In this document: positions 33,203-38,347 of the stretch, piece after piece
How positions within the stretch are numbered: the first letter of the stretch is position 1
Layout: every line of letters begins with the position of its first letter
Virus record (IMG/VR): IMGVR_UViG_3300047170_000031
Span: 1-38,608 of that record
Length of the DNA: 38,608 nt
Direction: 5' to 3' (one strand)
DNA from: a virus
Translations under genes and position numbers: made by a program
The notes under the pieces: model-generated
The model's database searches: none
The model's input: the letters and a program-made list of their open reading frames with translations, nothing else
Told to the model about the DNA's origin: nothing

Positions 33203-33223
33203 ACCTCTGTCTGAGATTGTGAG
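33203..33223 (-). repeat. 21-bp element, copy 3 (non-coding, upstream of the promoter)
   Basis: Perfect match to 32413..32433. Confidence 0.9.
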
Positions 33224-33227
33224 TAGG

Positions 33228-34037
33228 TCATGTAAAGCACCCGCCGTGGTGGCAACGATCTTCCAGTCCGGTCAGCAAGTCGGGTTCCTCGGCGCTTTCT
33301 GCCATCGCCAGCAGTCCGCCTTTGTACAGACCGTTTCTCGGGCCGGGGTTGCCGTGGTCGAAGGCGTTCTGCTCAATTTCGACCGCCAGCGCGAAATACT
33401 TCGGATGTATGGCTTTCAGTTCCAGCCATTCGGTCTTTCGCATGTTTGGGCACATGAAGCAGGACGACTTGCCTACAGTGAATCCTTCCTTTTCGCAGAT
33501 CGTCTGACAGCCAGGACGGTCTATCCCCCACGCTACCAACGGATACCACGCGCTGAAACCAGGCTCGTCTCCGCGCTCACAGGCGGTCTTTATCCGGCGA
33601 TGCTCCCCGGCGTCATACCCTACGGCAAACGCCCCTTGATCGAATCCGTGGGCCTTGCGCCACCGGTCCATTGGCTGAATCTTCCACTTGCTGGTACAGC
33701 CCGCGTAACCGTAGGCCTTACTCGGGAGGTAGCCAGTTCGTAGGCAATGCTCATGCAGCGGCTCGAATCCCTTGATTTCGCCCTTGACGCGCTCCCAGCG
33801 GACGGTCGTCACCTCACACCAATCAGCAGTCCATGCCGCCACTTTGGCGACATGCTCAATGGTCCCTGGCAACTCGCTGCCGGTGTCGGCAAACAGAATC
33901 CAATCAGGCACCCACCCCCGGTTGCGGCATTCAACAATAACGGCTGTGCTATTGAGGCCTCCACCGAAATTGATTCCCCAAGGGGAAGCGGGCGGCGTCT
34001 GGGAAAACCCAAAAGGCAGATCAAGTAATGCGCTCAT
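33228..34037 (-). CDS. PAPS-reductase-family (N-type ATP-pyrophosphatase fold) protein, 269 aa
   Basis: INFGGGLNSTAVIVE is an SGGKDS-type PP-loop variant. ILFADTGSELPGTIEHV matches the DTG..fpET motif. C-terminal Cys residues CFMCP and CHHGGC. Confidence 0.75.
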   Translation of the reverse strand: MSALLDLPFGFSQTPPASPWGINFGGGLNSTAVIVECRNRGWVPDWILFADTGSELPGTIEHVAKVAAWTADWCEVTTVRWERVKGEIKGFEPLHEHCLRTGYLPSKAYGYAGCTSKWKIQPMDRWRKAHGFDQGAFAVGYDAGEHRRIKTACERGDEPGFSAWYPLVAWGIDRPGCQTICEKEGFTVGKSSCFMCPNMRKTEWLELKAIHPKYFALAVEIEQNAFDHGNPGPRNGLYKGGLLAMAESAEEPDLLTGLEDRCHHGGCFT

Positions 34038-34050
34038 TGAACTACTTCTT

Positions 34051-34158
34051 TTAATGCTGCTCCGACGCCAGCAGCGCGTCTTGCAACGCATCTTCGGCAC
34101 AGCGTGTTGAGGGGGTGCATTTCTCGCCGTGATAGCAACCGCAGGGCGCGCGGTTCAA
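34051..34158 (-). CDS. Possible 35-aa Cys-rich micro-ORF (NRAPCGCYHGEKCTPSTRCAEDALQDALLASEQH)
   Basis: TTG start after GGGAGGG. GC3 about 71%. Fills the gap between the RHH and PAPS-reductase genes. Confidence 0.25.
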   Translation of the reverse strand: MNRAPCGCYHGEKCTPSTRCAEDALQDALLASEQH

Positions 34159-34195
34159 CCGCCCTCCCAATGCGCCTGCGCCAGCCTTTGGCGCC

Positions 34196-34411
34196 TCAAA
34201 ACTCGGTGTCCATCGCATCGTGGCCGAGTTCGTGCAGCGCTTCCTGCACCTTTTCCGAGACCGGCCGCGGCGGCGCGGGCGTGAACTCGGCACCCAGGAA
34301 CCCGCGCACCAGCTCGTCGAGTACGTGCGCCTGCGGCCGGCGTACCACGGCGCAGCGCACCTTGAACTGGTGAAACACCTCATCCTCAAGGCGGCAGGTC
34401 AGGGTCTTCAT
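34196..34411 (-). CDS. Ribbon-helix-helix (CopG/Arc/ParG-like) DNA-binding protein, 71 aa
   Basis: MKTLTCRLEDEVFHQFKVRCAVVRRPQAHVLDELVRGFL fits a beta-strand, helix, helix RHH pattern. Internal ATG of ORF 34196..34594. Confidence 0.6.
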   Translation of the reverse strand: MKTLTCRLEDEVFHQFKVRCAVVRRPQAHVLDELVRGFLGAEFTPAPPRPVSEKVQEALHELGHDAMDTEF

Positions 34412-34446
34412 AACGCTCCATGTGAATCCATGCGAAGCATTATTGA

Positions 34447-34641
34447 CTACTTGCGGATATGACGCAATAGCTTCTCTTTGAATGTCTGCCAGCGCGTGGG
34501 CGGGATCACCTTCGGGATGCACGCGGGTTCGTGGTGTTCGACCTGGTAGAGCCGCAGCGACCCCTCGACGGTCAACGGGGTTTTTCCGTCCCACTCGATG
34601 AAATTCACGACCTTGCCGTTGACGATGTGCGCGTATTTCAT
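34447..34641 (-). CDS. Hypothetical protein, 64 aa, N-terminus paralogous to 34646..35119
   Basis: MKYAHIVNGKVVNFIEWDGKTPLTV aligns with MATYAVVNASNVVTDLVQWDGVSPYSV. Confidence 0.55.
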   Translation of the reverse strand: MKYAHIVNGKVVNFIEWDGKTPLTVEGSLRLYQVEHHEPACIPKVIPPTRWQTFKEKLLRHIRK

Positions 34642-34645
34642 GGGG

Positions 34646-35119
34646 TTACCAGGGAATCCACAGCCCCAGGATGGCGCTGTACGTCATTCGGATGCTCGAC
34701 CCCAGCGCGATCGTCGCGGGCGCGTTCGCCACCGCGGGCGAATACGTGATGAGCGTCACGGTTTTCGTCGACACGATGATGAGGGCGTCGCCATTCTGCG
34801 GGGACGGCGGCATCTGGATCGTCAACGCGGCGATGAGCGTCGCCGGCGTCAGGTAGAGGATCATCTTCTGCCAGGGCGCGGCGGCATTCGGCAGGGTGAC
34901 GGTCGCGCCCGTGGCCGGCGACACCGAGTATACGACGTCGGTCGGCACGGCCGGTGGCGCGGGCGGCGTGAACACGCCAGCCAAGTACGTCCCGCCGATC
35001 GCCGCGCCGACGCCGGCCAGCACCAGGGTCGACGGGCTCACGGAGTACGGCGAGACGCCGTCCCACTGGACCAAGTCGGTGACGACGTTCGAGGCGTTGA
35101 CGACGGCGTACGTAGCCAT
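34646..35119 (-). CDS. Hypothetical protein, 157 aa (fibre accessory/chaperone candidate by position)
   Basis: Starts 1 nt after the stop of the glycine-rich fibre-like gene. Confidence 0.55.
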   Translation of the reverse strand: MATYAVVNASNVVTDLVQWDGVSPYSVSPSTLVLAGVGAAIGGTYLAGVFTPPAPPAVPTDVVYSVSPATGATVTLPNAAAPWQKMILYLTPATLIAALTIQMPPSPQNGDALIIVSTKTVTLITYSPAVANAPATIALGSSIRMTYSAILGLWIPW

Positions 35120-35120
35120 G

Positions 35121-36755
35121 TCAGTAGTACGCTATCACGACGACGAGCCCGCCGCCGCCTGCGCCACCGACGCCGGCCGCGCCCGTGGTGTTCGCAGATC
35201 CGCCGCCGCCGCCGCCGCCGCCTTGATAACCTGCGCCACCAGCGCCACCAGTGAATGTCGAGATCGCGCAGCCGCCGCCGCCACCGCCGCCGCCGGCCGC
35301 AAAAGAATTTTGCAGTAGCGCGACGCTTGATGCGTTTGCTCCGTTGCCGCCGTTGCCGCCCGATCCTGCGCTACCCGCAGCGGCAGAGCTTAAGTTGTTA
35401 GGATTTTGCGCTGTTCCGCCTGCTGTCGTGGTGGATCCTGCGGTAACGCCTCCTCCCGCGCCACCTCCGCCGCCGCCAAGCAAAGCATATGCCGCAGATC
35501 CGTTGCTGCCTGCTCCTCCGTTAGCGCCGCCGCTGCCGCCGCTGCCAGCGCCGTTCGAGCCACCACCGCCCTGAGTACCAGCACCGCCGTTTACTCCGTT
35601 GCTGTTCCCGCCATTGCCACCGGTAGTTCCAGGTGAAACTGAGCCGCCGGATCTGTTGCCTGCGCCGCCGCCACCGCCAGATACGGCATTACTTTGCCCT
35701 GGAGCGCCACCTCCGCCGCCATACGCAAAAAGCAAACTTCCAAAGGACGACGTGCCGCCATTGCCGCCTGCGCCGTTAGCAGCGCCACCAGTGCCTTGAG
35801 CGCCCACAGTAATGGTCTGAGGTGACGTAACAGAGCTGCCAGGGAAAGTTAGGTTCGATCCACCCCCGCCACCGCCGCTGCCGCCGCCTGAATTTGACGT
35901 TCCTGCGGCAGTGGTGGTGCCACCACCGCCGCCGCCCCCGCCAGCAATGACAATCGCCTGCACCTGCTTGTAGCCGCTCGCGGCCGCCGTCCACGTGCCG
36001 CTCGAGGTAAAGGCCTGGACGTTGATCGCGGAGACGTTCCCGGGCGTCGTCAACCCCAGCAGGGTCTGCACCTGGGCGACGGTGAGCGCGGCTTGATTCG
36101 CCGTCCCCGCTGTGTTGTTCCCGATGATGGTGTTCGCCGCGATCTGCGAGAGCGAGGCGAGCGGCACCCAGTTCGCGACAGAATTCAGCAAAGTTTCGAC
36201 CTGTGCTATCGACAGATCGGCGACGTTCGCGGCAGACCCTGTCGCGTTACCCCGCAGCGTATTCGCAGCAGCCTGCGCAATCGAGGCGAGCGGCACCCAG
36301 TTCGGGATCGAGTTCAGCATCGTCTCGAGCTGCGCGATGGTGAGCTGGATCGGCGCGGCGCTCGAGCCTGTGTTATTCCCCAGGATGGAATTCGCGGCCG
36401 TCTGGTACGCGGTGAGCGCGTTCGACGCGCCGGCGAGCAATCCTGTGATCGTGGTCTGGAGGGTGATCGCGGGGGTGGTCGTCGGGTTCGCGACCGTGCC
36501 CGCAAAGCCGTTCGCGCCGGCGACGGAGACGCTCGACACGGTTGCGCTCGAGGCCTGGCCGGGGACCACGAAGATCGTGCCGTTCGAGACGACGGCGCCC
36601 GAGTCGGTCGTGTACTGGATGGTCCCTGAGGGCTGCGAGCCCGCGGCGTTCAACTGGGCGAGGGTCAAGGTCGCCGGGGCGGCGCCTGCGAAACTCGAGT
36701 TCGACGCGCCTGGCGCTCCGACGCCTGCGCCGGGGACGGCGAGCCCTTGGGTCAC
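35121..36755 (-). CDS. Glycine-rich-domain tail-fibre-like protein, 544 aa
   Basis: AGGAG-N6-GTG. Three 43-aa tandem repeats (ANT..GN.TG....L(T/S)(I/V)AQ(V/L)ETLLNS..NWVPLAS). About 280 aa of poly-Gly/Asn/Ala/Ser C-terminal domain ending GLVVVIAYY. Confidence 0.7.
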   Translation of the reverse strand: MTQGLAVPGAGVGAPGASNSSFAGAAPATLTLAQLNAAGSQPSGTIQYTTDSGAVVSNGTIFVVPGQASSATVSSVSVAGANGFAGTVANPTTTPAITLQTTITGLLAGASNALTAYQTAANSILGNNTGSSAAPIQLTIAQLETMLNSIPNWVPLASIAQAAANTLRGNATGSAANVADLSIAQVETLLNSVANWVPLASLSQIAANTIIGNNTAGTANQAALTVAQVQTLLGLTTPGNVSAINVQAFTSSGTWTAAASGYKQVQAIVIAGGGGGGGGTTTAAGTSNSGGGSGGGGGGSNLTFPGSSVTSPQTITVGAQGTGGAANGAGGNGGTSSFGSLLFAYGGGGGAPGQSNAVSGGGGGAGNRSGGSVSPGTTGGNGGNSNGVNGGAGTQGGGGSNGAGSGGSGGANGGAGSNGSAAYALLGGGGGGAGGGVTAGSTTTAGGTAQNPNNLSSAAAGSAGSGGNGGNGANASSVALLQNSFAAGGGGGGGGCAISTFTGGAGGAGYQGGGGGGGGSANTTGAAGVGGAGGGGLVVVIAYY

Positions 36756-36764
36756 ATCACGCTC

Positions 36765-37142
36765 CTACAGTCTCGCCCCCTTGGTCAAGTTACAGATCGG
36801 CGCGAGAAGCTGCAAATTATTCGGACTGTTCGAGCCGCCCCTGGCGAGCGGCACGATGTGATCGACGTGGTACTTGAACGGCGGAGAGGGCGCGATCGCG
36901 CGGCCACAGCCGCAGGCGCACTTTCCCTTCTGCCGGCGCTCGAGCGCTACCACATCTCGTCGGCTGAATCGTCCGGGGGCGGCGAGTTCGCGGGCTCGGC
37001 GGGCGTGGGCGCGGGCTCGATTTCCCGGGGCGGCGCACTCGCGGCAGATGTGGGCTCGCTTGGAGCCTGCGGGTCCGGGTAGCGCTGCATGTAGCCGCGC
37101 ATCGGGTGGGTCGCCCAGAACTGGCGCTCGTCGGAGAGCCAT
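36765..37142 (-). CDS. HNH endonuclease (HNH_5-like), 125 aa from the only in-frame ATG
   Basis: KCACGCGR...YHVDHIVPLARGGSNSPNNLQLLAPICNLTKG is an HNH signature. The 5' 196 nt overlap gene 36947..37477 in the -1 frame. Confidence 0.7.
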   Translation of the reverse strand: MALRRAPVLGDPPDARLHAALPGPAGSKRAHICRECAAPGNRARAHARRARELAAPGRFSRRDVVALERRQKGKCACGCGRAIAPSPPFKYHVDHIVPLARGGSNSPNNLQLLAPICNLTKGARL

Positions 37143-37477
37143 TTTTTCTGCTCGTCCGTCTGGTTTCCGGCGTACGCCTCGAGGTGGCTCTTTTCTGTCA
37201 GGTGCTCGCTGTGCAGCCGCATGCTCGTCTCGCTGAAATCGGCGAGGGTCTGGCGCAGCGCCGCCACGATCGCCGACTCCAGCACGCCAGAACTGGCCGA
37301 GCGCGCGGATGCGACCGCATTGGCGGCAGCGTCTCTGAAGTGGTCCGGGTTCTGCGTCCATAGGGTCATCAGGTGCGTCAGCACAGCGGTCATTTTCGCA
37401 CCGCGAGCTGCGCAGAGCGACTTGAATCGGGTCAACAATTCTGTATTGATTGCTAGGTTCAAGGGGGTTCGCGTCAT
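36947..37477 (-). CDS. RHH-like regulator with a Pro-rich acidic tail, 176 aa
   Basis: TPLNLAINTELLTRFKSLCAARGAKMTAVLTHLM is RHH-like. GC3 is about 87% to its end. First gene after the control region. The TTG at 37534 in the ORF track is part of a TTGACA box. Confidence 0.6.
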   Translation of the reverse strand: MTRTPLNLAINTELLTRFKSLCAARGAKMTAVLTHLMTLWTQNPDHFRDAAANAVASARSASSGVLESAIVAALRQTLADFSETSMRLHSEHLTEKSHLEAYAGNQTDEQKKWLSDERQFWATHPMRGYMQRYPDPQAPSEPTSAASAPPREIEPAPTPAEPANSPPPDDSADEMW

Positions 37478-37540
37478 AGCTAGCTCGTTTCCTGTGTAGG
37501 TAATTATGTTGTCGATCGTGTTGATGATTGTCAAGCTATA

Positions 37541-37589
37541 GTGATGTAGATAAATCGACCTACATTGATGTAGATCAAATTACCTACAT
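37541..37589. promoter_or_regulatory. Two tandem 24-bp operator-like repeats, each an inverted repeat ATGTAG-N10-CTACAT
   Basis: TGATGTAGATAAATCGACCTACATT (37541-37565) and TGATGTAGATCAAATTACCTACATT (37565-37589). A third half-site GTGTAG is at 37591-37596. A TTGACA box on the minus strand is at 37534-37529. Confidence 0.6.
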
Positions 37590-37689
37590 TCGTGTAGCTG
37601 TTTTTTTTGGGGGGAAGGAGTGGGCGTAACGCCCGCGATGCCAACGTGGAACCCATCGCCTAGCCGTCCGATTTCGCCCTTCGATTTTA

Positions 37690-37866
37690 CATAACGCAGT
37701 ACGTCATAATCCGGCAAATCGACGTATCAGGGCGCTGGCTGCTCGATTTGCGGTACATTATGTTAAGTCTGAGCCCGCGTCCGAGGGCCTGGCCCAGCCT
37801 GCTGCCAACGCTGTCATAATTCAATGCTGCATAACGCATACGCTGTCATAAGACAATGCGTCATAA
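37690..37866. repeat. Iteron-like cluster: GTCATAA x4 and CATAACGCA x2
   Basis: GTCATAA at 37703, 37813, 37845 and 37860. CATAACGCA at 37690 and 37830. All in one orientation, in ORF-free DNA. Confidence 0.6.
37714..37751. repeat. 9-bp inverted repeat GCAAATCGA-N20-TCGATTTGC
   Basis: Arms at 37714-37722 and 37743-37751. A third copy GCAAATCGAC is at 37899-37908. Related CCGATTTCG is at 37668 and 37928. Confidence 0.6.
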
Positions 37867-38152
37867 GCCGATGGCCACATTTGGTAAAAACGCCTATCGC
37901 AAATCGACCAAACAGGCGCCCGGTAGGCCGATTTCGGGGCTTGACAAACAGCTCGAAGTGTGGCTGTGTAGGAGTGGCGGCACAGCTAAGTCCTTGATTT
38001 AACCCCGCTACAGTAAGAAAAACCTGACCTCTCCCATAACCCGTCGCTCATTCGCAGCGTCTAACGGGCCTAGCATCACTTACACCAAAAAATCGAAAAT
38101 CCATATACCCCTCCGCGCTCGTCCCTAAACCCCTATAAGGCACCCCCTATAA

Positions 38153-38164
38153 TAGCTATAGCTA
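38153..38164. repeat. Perfect 12-bp palindrome TAGCTATAGCTA, preceded by a CCCCTATAA direct repeat
   Basis: CCCCTATAA at 38130-38138 and 38144-38152. The palindrome abuts a TATAAT hexamer at 38148-38153. Confidence 0.55.
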
Positions 38165-38286
38165 CTCTGTAAATACCCATTACTGTTGTAAGGGGTGTTA
38201 TATAGTAATAGCCAGTACCTGATAGCCGTAGGCCTCATGCAGCCGCTGTATTGCCGCTTTTGTGACGCACCTCTCATATTGAATCA

Positions 38287-38316
38287 TTGACAGCAAATCT
38301 TCTTAAAGATTATTCT
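38287..38316 (+). promoter_or_regulatory. Candidate early promoter for the plus-strand small-gene block
   Basis: TTGACA (38287-38292), 18-nt spacer, TATTCT (38311-38316). The spacer contains the inverted repeat AATCTT-CTTA-AAGATT. Lies 32 nt upstream of ATG 38348. Confidence 0.4.
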
Positions 38317-38347
38317 GTACCCGTCGATACAGTCATCATCAACGGAC

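Noticed and set aside
34051-34594. 112-aa Arg-rich ORF 34051..34389 and the long form of 34196..34594
   Set aside because: The Arg-rich frame overlaps the well-formed RHH gene. Only its last 35 codons, after a GGGAGGG SD, are kept as a low-confidence micro-ORF. The long RHH form adds a 61-aa off-frame-looking leader that overlaps gene 34447..34641.
36765-37361. Full 198-aa version of the HNH ORF starting at 37361
   Set aside because: Its first ~73 codons run antisense-free but off-frame through the RHH-like gene. Composition there is Arg/Pro/Gly-rich junk, and GC3 is low compared with the RHH frame (56% versus 88% just downstream of 37142).
37581-37608. Plus-strand intrinsic terminator (CTACA-TTCG-TGTAG followed by T8)
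   Set aside because: The stem is only 5 bp and AT-containing, and no plus-strand gene lies upstream. The arms are better explained as operator half-sites. It remains a remote possibility for a short ncRNA.
37541-37868. Possible CRISPR array or tRNA/ncRNA gene in the repeat-rich region
   Set aside because: The repeats are short (7-25 bp), irregularly spaced and of several unrelated families, with no repeat-spacer periodicity. No cloverleaf-compatible sequence or T-loop (GTTCGAATC-like) motif was seen anywhere in the window.
37824-37997. 57-aa plus-strand ORF inside the control region
   Set aside because: Hand-counted GC3 is about 48%, against 80% or more in real genes here. It has no SD and is built largely from the GTCATAA/CATAACGCA repeat sequences.
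38148-38153. Consensus TATAAT as a stand-alone early promoter
   Set aside because: The sequence 17 nt upstream (CTAAAC) is not -35-like. It is reported only as part of the repeat/palindrome finding.
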